IMG/VR virus record: IMGVR_UViG_3300033076_001167
Span: 1 to 39,411 of that record
DNA length: 39,411 bases
Strand: one strand, 5' to 3'
DNA from: a virus
Taxonomy: Duplodnaviria; Caudoviricetes
The position numbers were made by a program, and so were the translations under genes. Each line of letters starts with the position of its first letter. The first letter of the stretch is position 1. A model generated the notes under the pieces. The model saw only the letters and a list, made by a program, of their open reading frames with translations. It did no database searches and was not told where the DNA came from. Shown here one piece after another: positions 16,335 through 25,499 of the stretch.

Positions 16335-16905
16335 CAAGAGCCCGCTCCAAGCAGCACTGGAAGCGAAGACGCGCAAGCTGTACAGCTTCGATGTCTCCGA
16401 ATGCTTGGGTATCGAGGGAGCGGCGTTGCGTATTCGCGTTGCTACCAAGTTCGAACAAGACCGGGCACTGATTGAAGCTCACAAGTACGTGCGCTCTCTT
16501 GCTGCTAACGACGAGAAGGCCGCGGCGGATCCAGACATTCTGAACGATGCCAAAAGCGCGTTCATTGCGTTCGAGGTTACGCGCGACGCCACATCAGACA
16601 TGCCAGCGTTCAACAGTGGGCGCGACATGCTGCGAACGCTAACCGCAGACCAGATTGCTTACATCCTGAACCTTGCAAATTCGGTGCGGTATAAAGAGTC
16701 GCCTGGTCCCAAGGACATCCCGCAAGAAGAGCTGAACGCGCTTGTTGAAATGTGCTTTGAGTACGCCAGCGAAGAGATCCCTGACGCTGTGCTTGCCGGT
16801 TACAGTCGCGAATACCTAACGCACATGGTTGTCGCGTTGAGCTGCGAACTCAAAGAGTTGCGCTCTGAGCTGCAGCAGAGCAAGGAAGAGTCAGCGAATG
16901 CGTGA
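16327..16905 (+). CDS. Putative tail assembly chaperone 2
   Basis: LRIRV...PAFNSGRDMLRTLTADQIAYI...SP pattern; position. Confidence 0.55.
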   Translation: MTDKSPLQAALEAKTRKLYSFDVSECLGIEGAALRIRVATKFEQDRALIEAHKYVRSLAANDEKAAADPDILNDAKSAFIAFEVTRDATSDMPAFNSGRDMLRTLTADQIAYILNLANSVRYKESPGPKDIPQEELNALVEMCFEYASEEIPDAVLAGYSREYLTHMVVALSCELKELRSELQQSKEESANA

Positions 16906-17266
16906 CGAATACGCAGAAGCAGACTTCACAGCACATCGAGAGATGGAGAAGCGTGGCAAGGATGCATTGCGCACGCTCGACCGCGAGATGCTGCGCGCTG
17001 TTAAGAACGGCGCCACGTATGAGCGACGGTTCAAGACGTACACCAACCGGACTGGAAATCTGCTGCGCTCCACACAGGGATATGCTGTGACGGATGCTGC
17101 ATTCGGCGACGCATCGAGCTCGACAACATACATCCTAGAGATGGGTGAAGAGTACGCATCGTTTGTTGATGCGCGCGGGTATTCTGCAATCCGTGAAGCT
17201 GCACGCGAGACGGAGAACGCAATCGCAGTTGCCGTAGCTAAGGCGGAGGCTGCCGCGCGTGGCTGA
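16898..17266 (+). CDS. HK97 gp10-like neck/tail morphogenesis protein
   Basis: NRTGNLLRST and EYASFVD motifs. Confidence 0.6.
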   Translation: MRDEYAEADFTAHREMEKRGKDALRTLDREMLRAVKNGATYERRFKTYTNRTGNLLRSTQGYAVTDAAFGDASSSTTYILEMGEEYASFVDARGYSAIREAARETENAIAVAVAKAEAAARG

Positions 17267-19580
17267 CGTTGTTTACCGCTTCCGAGCGGTAGGCGCACGC
17301 GAGGTCGCAGCAGCTTACGAGAGTATCGGCAAGGCTCGCGAGAAGTCGCAGCGTGGCCGGTCAACGCCAGGCGGTCCAAGTTCCGACCCCATGGTCAAGG
17401 CTGAGCGCGAGGCCGCTAAGGCTGCCGAGGCAGAGCGGCGCAGGCAATTCAAGGTCGACAGGGACCACGCCAAGGCGCTGCAAATGCTGGAGCGCGACAA
17501 GGAACGTGCTCGCAGGCGAGTAGAGTCAGACAAGCGCAGGGACGAAGCCAAGGCGATTAGGGAGCAATCCGCATCGCGCCGGCAACAAGAGCAGGTAGAC
17601 AAGGCACACGCTCGCGCGCTGCAGGACATCGAGAAAGACAAGGACCGCTCTCGACGCAGGACAGAAGCGGAGAGGCGCAGGGACGAAGCCAAGGCCAGGC
17701 GCGACCAAGACGCGTCACGTCGCCAGCAATATCGCGTCGACAAGGACCATGCGAGAGCGCTGCAGCAGCTCGAGAAGGACAACGCTCGAGAAGCGCTGCG
17801 CAACAGAGCTGCCAACATGCGCCGCGTTAGGTCATCCAATGACATCGCCGAAGGCATTGCGGGCCGGGCAGGGTCTGGCATCTATCGCGCGATGGGTGCC
17901 ATCGGTGCAGCGGCTGCCGTAGCAGGCGTTGGATTGACTGGAGCAGCTGCGCGCGATGCGTTTTCGCTTCAAGGATTGACGCGCACGCTCTCGACGCAGA
18001 GCCGCGGCGCTGGTCAATCGTTCGTTTCGCCTGAGCAGTTGGCGCGAGAGTTCAGCGCAACCGCTACGGCAACGCCTGGGCAGAAGGCGTCAGACTTAGC
18101 ACAGGCTGCGAGCGTATACGTCGGCAAGACAGGCGATCTCGATGCTGCGCGGCGGTTCTCTCGCACGTTTGCAACTGTGGCAAGCGCAAGCGGTGGCCAG
18201 GTGCAGGACATTGCATCTATGGCAGCGAGCATCGGAGAGAAATTCGGGATCAAGAAGGATTCCGACATGAAAGACGCGCTTGCTAGCATCTATTTTCAAG
18301 GCAAGTCAGGCAGCTTTGAGCTCAAAGACGCCGCGTCTCTCTACGACAAGCTTACAGCTGCAGGCGCAGGGTTCGGGTTAGATCGTGGCGTTAGTGGCGT
18401 TCGCACTCTTGGCGGTCTGACTCAGATTGCGCGTGGTTCTACAGGCTCTAGCGAGCAAGCAGCGTTCGCGGTTGAAGCTTCCTTGCGGCAGATGATTGCC
18501 AAGTCGGACGAAATCAAGAAGGAGACAGGTGTCGACGTCTTCACTGACAAGAGCAAGACCAAGGCTCGAGACGTTCAGACTGTGACGAAAGACATCATTG
18601 CAGGCTCTGGCGGCAACCTGCAGACGCTTCAGAAGATATACGGAGAGGAAGGCATCCGTGGTGTTCGTGGCCTTGTGAACGCATACAACACAGCGCAGAA
18701 CGCAGCCGGGCCGAACGCAACTGACGCCGAACGTACAGCCGCAGGCATGCGCGCGATGGATGAAGTGTTCCAGCGTGCTATCGGCTCTGGAACCACGTTC
18801 GCAGAAGTGCAGAAGGATGCGGCGTTTCAGCAGCAAGACGTCGCAGCGATGGCATCTGCAGCATGGGAGGGGTTCGTCGGCGACATGGCTCCGGCCGTGG
18901 CGAGGTTTGCCAACACGCTGCGCGATAACTCCGGCGCATTGTCTCGAGCGTTCGAGTACATCACTGGCGCAGCAATCACAGCAGCCGACGCCATCACATC
19001 GATGGCGGACTTTGCATTGTCGAAGTTCGGCACTGAAGACGAGCGACTTGGCGTTTCGCAGTCGCAAAAGCAGCGACAACTTGACGTTGTAAATGCCAAG
19101 ATTGCCGAAGCCGAGAAGGGCGGAGGCCCGTTGGCTCCAACGAATCCGCTAGTAATGCGCGCAGCGGCTCTAGAAAGCGAAATAACGGGCATCCAAGGCA
19201 AGCGGGCAGCTCTGGCGCCTGAGGCTGTCGCTGGCCTTTCTGAGGCCGATTACGCGGCAGGATTGGCCAAGCGCAGTGCAGGCGGTGCCAGCGGGTTGGG
19301 CGTTGCTGCCGATGTCATCAGCGCAATTGCCAATCCTGCTGCCGCAGTGCTCAACCCTGCCAGGGTCGCAGCTGCTGGATTCGTTGGCACGATGCCGAGC
19401 CAAGACCAAGTGTCATTCGCGCAGGCGCGAGCCGTTGGCGGTGGCACAGGCGGAGCGGCATCATCGCAGGAGCTACAGGTGCAGGCTGTAAACAGTGCGC
19501 TGCGCGGACTTGTTGACGCTTTCGCTCGCGCATCGTCCGACCTGAATACCAACAAGCGTGGCGGGTTGCTCGGAAACTAA
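17259..19580 (+). CDS. Tail tape measure protein
   Basis: 773 aa, Ala/Gly-rich helical; QGKSGSFELKD, LQKIYGEEGIRG; precedes the gpN-like gene. Confidence 0.9.
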   Translation: MADVVYRFRAVGAREVAAAYESIGKAREKSQRGRSTPGGPSSDPMVKAEREAAKAAEAERRRQFKVDRDHAKALQMLERDKERARRRVESDKRRDEAKAIREQSASRRQQEQVDKAHARALQDIEKDKDRSRRRTEAERRRDEAKARRDQDASRRQQYRVDKDHARALQQLEKDNAREALRNRAANMRRVRSSNDIAEGIAGRAGSGIYRAMGAIGAAAAVAGVGLTGAAARDAFSLQGLTRTLSTQSRGAGQSFVSPEQLAREFSATATATPGQKASDLAQAASVYVGKTGDLDAARRFSRTFATVASASGGQVQDIASMAASIGEKFGIKKDSDMKDALASIYFQGKSGSFELKDAASLYDKLTAAGAGFGLDRGVSGVRTLGGLTQIARGSTGSSEQAAFAVEASLRQMIAKSDEIKKETGVDVFTDKSKTKARDVQTVTKDIIAGSGGNLQTLQKIYGEEGIRGVRGLVNAYNTAQNAAGPNATDAERTAAGMRAMDEVFQRAIGSGTTFAEVQKDAAFQQQDVAAMASAAWEGFVGDMAPAVARFANTLRDNSGALSRAFEYITGAAITAADAITSMADFALSKFGTEDERLGVSQSQKQRQLDVVNAKIAEAEKGGGPLAPTNPLVMRAAALESEITGIQGKRAALAPEAVAGLSEADYAAGLAKRSAGGASGLGVAADVISAIANPAAAVLNPARVAAAGFVGTMPSQDQVSFAQARAVGGGTGGAASSQELQVQAVNSALRGLVDAFARASSDLNTNKRGGLLGN
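17454..17780 (+). repeat. About 2.3 copies of a 141-bp (47-aa) charged repeat in the tape measure N-terminus
   Basis: VDxxHAxALQ starts at 17454, 17595 and 17736; 17534-17554 is identical to 17675-17695. Confidence 0.9.
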
Positions 19581-20464
19581 TGGCTGACGGAGACATCCTT
19601 TCGGATTTGCCGGAGCTCACTTGGGGAGACCTTGCCCCGGTGCCGACATCTGTCGTCTCGTACAAGTTCGGGCACCGCAACGCCAGGCGCGAATGGCCTT
19701 ACGTAGCAGCGGCGGGGCACGATACGGTTGGCCGCACACCACGCGTATGCACTGCGCGCATGCACTTCTTGGATACCATGTTCGATGGTGTCTTGTACTA
19801 CTCAGACCGGTGGCCAACGTGGCGCGTTGCCTTGGAGGCCGGTGGCTCCAAAACGCTAGTGCACCCGGATGTTGGAGCGTTTGAGGCTGTAGTTGAGAAC
19901 GTCGAAGTTGAGATGCAAGCAGGCATTCGGAGCGGCGCAATCGTGGATGTCACTTTTGAAGAAGACATCCCAGACCCTGAAGCCGAAAGCGCGATCGCCA
20001 ATCCAACACAGGACCCGGAAGCAGCTGCAGCGGCTGCAGATGATGCGATGGTGTCGGCCGGCATTGATTACCCGGACGGCATGCCGGAGTCTGATTTCCT
20101 CTCCAGCTATCAGGCAATCAAAGGCGAGATTTTCTCGGCAACGTTGCGCGTGACAGGAGCGATCAACCGCATCCAAGGTCTGGTCGGCATGGTTATCGAT
20201 GACCTAGCGTTCGCCAGCAATCCGGAACACACGCCGCATCAGGTGATTTTGACGTCTTTCTGGGTTGCGCTCGATGACACCAAGAAGCGGATCGAACGAA
20301 AGACCGAGAAGGCACTCGGTCAGTACAAGACGCGTTCGGATGTGTCGCTCTCAACACTGGCCACGATGCTCAACAATACGATTGATCAATTGATTGAGCT
20401 GAACTTGCATTTGGTATACAGTCCGACCGTCGACGCTGGCACTGTCGTAGCATTCTACAAATGA
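19580..20464 (+). CDS. Mu gpN-like DNA circularisation / tail-tube initiator protein with a LysM-like C-terminus
   Basis: GHRNARREWPY...DTVGR, TLVHPDVG, VTFEE; C-terminal SLSTLA...IDQLIELN..L...VDAGTVV. Confidence 0.8.
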   Translation: MADGDILSDLPELTWGDLAPVPTSVVSYKFGHRNARREWPYVAAAGHDTVGRTPRVCTARMHFLDTMFDGVLYYSDRWPTWRVALEAGGSKTLVHPDVGAFEAVVENVEVEMQAGIRSGAIVDVTFEEDIPDPEAESAIANPTQDPEAAAAAADDAMVSAGIDYPDGMPESDFLSSYQAIKGEIFSATLRVTGAINRIQGLVGMVIDDLAFASNPEHTPHQVILTSFWVALDDTKKRIERKTEKALGQYKTRSDVSLSTLATMLNNTIDQLIELNLHLVYSPTVDAGTVVAFYK

Positions 20465-21633
20465 GCGCACATTCAAAGGTAGAGATGCGTTTTCAAGACG
20501 GCAAGAGCTTTGCGTCTTGGGACTCGTTCGCGCTGCGTGACACATACACAGACCCTCTCGGTGAATTGCGTTTCGACTTGTCGCCACGACGCGGACAAAT
20601 GTGGGCCGCTGCACAACAGATGCGGAAAGGCGAACTTGTCTCCGTTGCCATCAACGATGTTCCGCAAGGCCAGTACTACATCACAAGCGTTGACACATCA
20701 GTCAGCGGAGACTCAGTGCGGATGTCTGTGTCATGTAAGACGCCGCTTTGTGTGGCGTATGAGGGTCACGTTGACCCCGATTTTGCGTATCACTCACAGA
20801 CCGACGCGCCTGTCACTGCCTACGTGTTGGATGTGCTGTCTCCGTTCGGGTATGACAAGGCCATCGGAGACACCGCCGCAAGCGTCAACACTTTGACCGG
20901 CAGAGCGATCGGCAACAGGAAAAGCGCCGTCGACGTGGAGCAGCTGAAGCATCAGGATGCACAACCGCACGATGGTGAAACTGCGTTCCAATTGGTTGCG
21001 CGCGTAATCACAAGGCTAGGCATTTGCGTCCGGCAGTCTGCATCGTCTGACGTGACCAATGGCGGCACGCTGCTCCTAGGCGCGCCGGACTATCAGCAAT
21101 CGCCTTCCTACACGCTTGTGCAAACGTTTGGGGAGCCTGTGTCCGGAGCCGATCGGATGTTGAGCGTTGGCATCGATGATACGAATGAAGACCAATTCTC
21201 AGAATGCACAATCCGTGGCCATGCGCAGGAGAAGAAGCAGGCGAAGCGCATCGATAGGCCAGCCGCTAGCGTGCAAGCTGCCGACCTGAACGCGCAGCGA
21301 CCTTGCTATCAGTCGACGGCGCTGACACATAAACCGCTTTTCATCAAAGACAAGCACTCTCGAGATGCGTCGCGGTGCGCGTCGACAGCAAGGCTCGCAA
21401 TGGGCCTGCGCGCTCGCAAGTCATTCGTGGTTAGCTGCGAGGTTGACGGATTCGTGTCGCGCACCGGTTCTCTTTGGCAGGTAGACACGATCGCCAGTGT
21501 TCGCGTTGACGCAGTCGACTTGCGCGAGGATATGTGGGTTCTCGAGCGAACATTCATTTGTTCGAGCAATGGCGGCCAAACGACGCGGATAAAGCTCATT
21601 CCAAAGGGGAACTTGGTCATTGGCAATCTGTAA
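20461..21633 (+). CDS. Baseplate hub protein (Mu gpP-like)
   Basis: SWDSF, QPHDGETAFQLVAR, QFSECTIRG, LWQVDTIASVRVD, GGQTTRIKLIP. Confidence 0.85.
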   Translation: MSAHSKVEMRFQDGKSFASWDSFALRDTYTDPLGELRFDLSPRRGQMWAAAQQMRKGELVSVAINDVPQGQYYITSVDTSVSGDSVRMSVSCKTPLCVAYEGHVDPDFAYHSQTDAPVTAYVLDVLSPFGYDKAIGDTAASVNTLTGRAIGNRKSAVDVEQLKHQDAQPHDGETAFQLVARVITRLGICVRQSASSDVTNGGTLLLGAPDYQQSPSYTLVQTFGEPVSGADRMLSVGIDDTNEDQFSECTIRGHAQEKKQAKRIDRPAASVQAADLNAQRPCYQSTALTHKPLFIKDKHSRDASRCASTARLAMGLRARKSFVVSCEVDGFVSRTGSLWQVDTIASVRVDAVDLREDMWVLERTFICSSNGGQTTRIKLIPKGNLVIGNL

Positions 21634-22081
21634 CAACTACTCGCAATTTCGCAGCATGTTCGCCACTGTTGCGACTCTCGACCTCGATGGCTATGAGATT
21701 TGGCCCGCGGCAGAGCTGCGCAGCGGCGGGTTCACCGGCGGGTTTACAGGCATTCCGAAGCCGATAACCTCGTTCCCAATCACAGTGTCCGTTGACGGGC
21801 AGGCAAATGGAGCCGTTGCGCACAATGCGTTTCTTTCGCAGCGCACAGACGAGCCGGCAAACCGATGGCTGTCAATCACGGAAGCCACAGGCAAAAGCGG
21901 AACGTGGACCATTGGTCTTACGTCTCGCGCGATGCTTGACCTTGGCTTGCTTACTGCCAGCGACCCAGTGTCTGTTGACCAATTGATCCAAATTCTGAAC
22001 CGCGTGCATCTATACGTGCAGCGCATCTCGGACGATGCAATCCAGTGGGTTGACTTGCTGCGCGCATCGTTGGCGGATTGA
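21620..22081 (+). CDS. Hypothetical protein between hub and spike
   Basis: Only long + strand ORF filling the gap; start uncertain (TTG 21620 or ATG 21656). Confidence 0.55.
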   Translation: MAICNNYSQFRSMFATVATLDLDGYEIWPAAELRSGGFTGGFTGIPKPITSFPITVSVDGQANGAVAHNAFLSQRTDEPANRWLSITEATGKSGTWTIGLTSRAMLDLGLLTASDPVSVDQLIQILNRVHLYVQRISDDAIQWVDLLRASLAD

Positions 22082-22737
22082 CCATGGTTGCTTGGGCAGA
22101 CTACACAACAGGCATCGCCGACATCGTTGGAAGCTTCCAAGACGATGGGGAAGTGCGAGTCAATCTTGGCAACGCAGCTGACGGCGTTGGGTTTGCCTCT
22201 GAAGAGCCGATGTATGGCCCGGATGGCTTTATTGGCATGCCGAACGAGCCATCTGACGACGGAGCTTGCCAGGCAATCTACTTGGTCGACGGAGACCGCA
22301 AGCGCGTGGTCGGAACGCGTGACAATCGATGGCTGGACAAGGTTGGAGCTCTGAAGCCTGGTGACCGCGCAATCATCACTGACAGCCCAGCGCGCATTTT
22401 GCTGAAGCGCGATGGCGATAAGGTTGTGCTTTACACTGAGACAAGCTCAGAAAAGACAATGATGCTTGTTCTCGATGGTTCCGGAGACCAAATCATGGCG
22501 GTGTGCGGAGACAACTATATGCGCCTCACTGTCGACGCGTTCGAGGTCAACGTTGGTGGCAATCTGCTGCGCATTGATGCCGAAACTATCAAGGTCATCG
22601 GCAAGACGTTCGCTGCTGCCACAGGGATGGTGTTGCTAGGCGCTCCGATCGTCCCCGGAGTAACAACAACCCAACCGGCAGCATTTGTGCAAATGGGTGT
22701 GCCGCTGCCGTCGACTGCGGTATTCATTGCGAAATGA
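22078..22737 (+). CDS. Baseplate central spike (Mu gp45-like)
   Basis: GPDGFIGMP, VVGTRDNR, LKPGDRAI, then short beta-helix strands. Confidence 0.8.
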   Translation: MTMVAWADYTTGIADIVGSFQDDGEVRVNLGNAADGVGFASEEPMYGPDGFIGMPNEPSDDGACQAIYLVDGDRKRVVGTRDNRWLDKVGALKPGDRAIITDSPARILLKRDGDKVVLYTETSSEKTMMLVLDGSGDQIMAVCGDNYMRLTVDAFEVNVGGNLLRIDAETIKVIGKTFAAATGMVLLGAPIVPGVTTTQPAAFVQMGVPLPSTAVFIAK

Positions 22738-22740
22738 AAG

Positions 22741-23064
22741 ATGAGCGCATGCAAACTAGGGTTCCCAACGCTACCGGCATTCCCGCCGGGTTTGCCGTCA
22801 TTGCCGCCTGTGGAATTGCCGCAGCTGCCATCGTTGCCATCTGTTGGCTTGCCGGGTCTAACGTGGAGTCCGACGATACCGGGATTCCCGCCGGGGCTGC
22901 CGAGCTTGCCGATGGTGGAGCTGCCGAGCCTGCCGAGCCTGCCAACGATTGGGCTGACGTTGCCGTCATGGAGTCCGACGATACCGGGGTTCCCGCCTGG
23001 ACTTCCGAGCCTGCCATCTGTGGAACTTCCGAGCCTGCCGACGCTATCGTGTCCACTGGACTAG
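22741..23064 (+). CDS. Pro/Leu-rich repeat protein (MSAC...CPLD)
   Basis: Differences between the 105-bp repeat copies are mostly synonymous in this frame (gga/ggg, ccg/cct, ctg/ctt, gag/gaa); fits between spike and wedge genes without overlap. Confidence 0.75.
   Translation: MSACKLGFPTLPAFPPGLPSLPPVELPQLPSLPSVGLPGLTWSPTIPGFPPGLPSLPMVELPSLPSLPTIGLTLPSWSPTIPGFPPGLPSLPSVELPSLPTLSCPLD
22864..23043 (+). repeat. 105-bp-period repeat (WSPTIPGFPPGLPSLPxVELPSLP); a third degenerate copy lies at about 22765-22840
   Basis: TGGAGTCCGACGATACCGGG at 22864 and 22969. Confidence 0.9.
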
Positions 23065-23065
23065 A

Positions 23066-23479
23066 GTGATGGGATTCGGCTCGCAACCGTACGGACATGG
23101 GCCCGCTGGTATCGCGTACCCGAATCCAGCAGAAGAGCTGCGAGGGAAGCTGCCGAGTAGCCGCAAGATTGATGCTGTCGCTGGTGCGTATGCGCTGCAG
23201 ACTGATGGCAGCAACGCGATCGATGGCATGGATGACATGCTGCAGGTTGTCTACCTGACGATTTGCTACAACGTGAAGCGCGGGCCTCTCATCTCGAAGC
23301 GCGAAGAGAAAGAGACGCGCCTTGCGATTGAAAACGCACTGCGATTTCTGACGTCTGGCGAGTCGCCTAGCATTCGCATTGAGAGAATCGACCTCAACAA
23401 CGACAAGCGGCAGACTTCTTGGTGCCGGGTGGTATTCAAGAACCTTAAGCGGAACACGATGCAGAGCGTGGAGCTATGA
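23066..23479 (+). CDS. Baseplate wedge / sheath initiator (Mu gp46, T4 gp25-like)
   Basis: IENALRFL...IRIERI...VVFKNL; directly before baseplate J. Confidence 0.65.
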   Translation: MMGFGSQPYGHGPAGIAYPNPAEELRGKLPSSRKIDAVAGAYALQTDGSNAIDGMDDMLQVVYLTICYNVKRGPLISKREEKETRLAIENALRFLTSGESPSIRIERIDLNNDKRQTSWCRVVFKNLKRNTMQSVEL

Positions 23480-25008
23480 CGTTCCCGAGCATAACTGGCG
23501 CAAATTACCCGACGGCGAAAGAGCTGCTCGACCAGTGCTTAGCCGACATCCGCTACTCGTTTGCGAGTCGTGGCCTTGAAGCCAACGTGCTCCCAAACTC
23601 AGACCATTACCTGCGCGCCAAGGCCTTTTGCGACAGGGCTGCGATTGTCATCGCCAACAACAAGCTAAGCCTGCGCAACATCTCTGCGACGACAGCGCAG
23701 GGGCAAGAGCTTCTTGACCTTGCTGCTGTCTATGGCATCTACCCACGCGCAGCAGACGGAGCGACGGGATACGTCAAGTGTTACGGAACGATCGGGTCGA
23801 GCGTAACGATTCCGCAAGGGTTCCAGTGCACATCTCCGAGCGGCCACAAGTATCAGGTGGTCGCCGCAAGCACCATCACGCTAGTCGGACAAGACGACAA
23901 TGCAGGGGCAGCGCCCACTGTGTTGGTGCAGGCGGTCAAGACCGGAGAGAGCACAGACCAGACAGCAGGGACTGTGCTGTCATGGGATAGCGCTTCGATC
24001 GGTGCGCTCAAAGCAACGTGCAAAGTTGATGAAGGCGGGCTCACAGGCGGCACGAGCGAGGACGACGTTGAAGACGTCAGAGCTCGTCTGCTTCGCAAAC
24101 TGTCGTCTCCGCCACAGGATACCAACAACGCTCGCTTTGCGGAGCTTGCGGAGGAGTCGAGCGCCGCAATCCAGCAGGCGTACGTGTATCCTGCGATCCG
24201 CGGGCCCGGGTCTGTAGACATTGCGATCGTAAAGGAAACCGGCGATCGCACGCTTGGCGCGACAGTGACCGGAAGCGCGTCGGCATACGTTGCCGCGCAG
24301 ATGGGTGGTCACGCGGACCTAAACGTGACGAGTGTGAACGCGCAATATGTTGACGTCATCATCAACCTGACGCTGCCTCTTCCGGTTAGCGCTGGCGGGT
24401 CTGGTAGCGGGTGGAAGGACGCAACGCCTTGGCCTAGCACCACGGATTCTACGTTGCCGCGCATCACAGCAGTTGGCGCAACGACAATCACAGTGGACGC
24501 CACGTCATCGCAGGCGCCTGTTGCAGGCAATCGGTTCTGTCTGTGGAACCCGAGCCTGTCTGCACCCGCATCGGCAGGGATGACGGAGTTTGAGATCGTA
24601 TCTGTCTCCGGAAGCTCTGGGGCCTACGTGTTGACGCTGACGTCGGTTCCGGCGTGGGTTACAACTTGGATGCGCCCAAGTCCTGCAGCCGAGAATTTGA
24701 GTCAGTACGCGCAGACAATATACAGCGCCATCAAGGCGCTTGGGCCAGGCGAAAAGTCAGCTGCGCCAGAGCTATTGCCGCGCGGACGGCGCTTCCCTGC
24801 GCCTGACATCAGGACACCGACAGCGCTCACCACTGTGCAGCTCGGCCAGTTGACGTCGACATATGCCGAAGTCTTGAACGCCGAATACGCTGCGCGATAC
24901 GACACAGGGACAACGACTGCGAGAACATCGCCATCGTTGCCATCTGCAACCGCAGACGCACCAAGAATCCTTGTGCTTAAGCACCTTGCGTTTAGAAGGC
25001 AGGCATAA
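23476..25008 (+). CDS. Baseplate J-like protein (Mu gp47)
   Basis: TAQGQELLDLA..YGI.PR, IPQG, LTGGTSEDDVEDVRARLL, YVYPAIRGPGSVDI. Confidence 0.9.
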   Translation: MTFPSITGANYPTAKELLDQCLADIRYSFASRGLEANVLPNSDHYLRAKAFCDRAAIVIANNKLSLRNISATTAQGQELLDLAAVYGIYPRAADGATGYVKCYGTIGSSVTIPQGFQCTSPSGHKYQVVAASTITLVGQDDNAGAAPTVLVQAVKTGESTDQTAGTVLSWDSASIGALKATCKVDEGGLTGGTSEDDVEDVRARLLRKLSSPPQDTNNARFAELAEESSAAIQQAYVYPAIRGPGSVDIAIVKETGDRTLGATVTGSASAYVAAQMGGHADLNVTSVNAQYVDVIINLTLPLPVSAGGSGSGWKDATPWPSTTDSTLPRITAVGATTITVDATSSQAPVAGNRFCLWNPSLSAPASAGMTEFEIVSVSGSSGAYVLTLTSVPAWVTTWMRPSPAAENLSQYAQTIYSAIKALGPGEKSAAPELLPRGRRFPAPDIRTPTALTTVQLGQLTSTYAEVLNAEYAARYDTGTTTARTSPSLPSATADAPRILVLKHLAFRRQA

Positions 25009-25010
25009 CA

Positions 25011-25499
25011 GTGACACCGAAAACGCTCGCATCATATGGCGGTCCGTACGCCAACCAACATACTGTCGCCAATCCTGACAACGAACTCGATGCAGACTAT
25101 GCCAACGACGTCTTTATGGACGTCGCGCAGCTTACGGGCACAGGGATCCGCGCATGGGTGTCATTTGTGCCGACCGCCACAGCTGCGCCTGTGACATATG
25201 CTGCAGGCTCAGTTACATCGTGGTCGCTGTGGGGTTCCACGACAGACTATAAACCCACTGTCGCAAAGACTGGCACCGGCCTATACACGGTCACATTCGC
25301 AAGTTCATATTCAGACGAGCTTAGCGTCAGCGAAACGCTGGCGTTCGTGTTCGCACTCGCATCAATCCGCGGCAGCACGCTGGCGCCAAGTCCTGTTATC
25401 ACGTCACTGAGTAGCAATGCTGCTGCGTTGACCGTAATCAATTCATCGTTTGCGGCTGCCGACCTCACTAGCAACACGGTTACCGTGGTCTTTCGCTGA
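25011..25499 (+). CDS. Baseplate/fibre-associated protein
   Basis: Beta-rich, KTGTGLYTVTF motif; position. Confidence 0.55.
   Translation: MTPKTLASYGGPYANQHTVANPDNELDADYANDVFMDVAQLTGTGIRAWVSFVPTATAAPVTYAAGSVTSWSLWGSTTDYKPTVAKTGTGLYTVTFASSYSDELSVSETLAFVFALASIRGSTLAPSPVITSLSSNAAALTVINSSFAAADLTSNTVTVVFR

Noticed and set aside
22734-23069. 111-aa ORF with an apparent TM helix and acidic repeats (MKDERMQ...), ATGA-coupled to the spike
   Set aside because: Differences between repeat copies are synonymous in the overlapping Pro-rich frame and non-synonymous in this one; dual coding is not fully excluded
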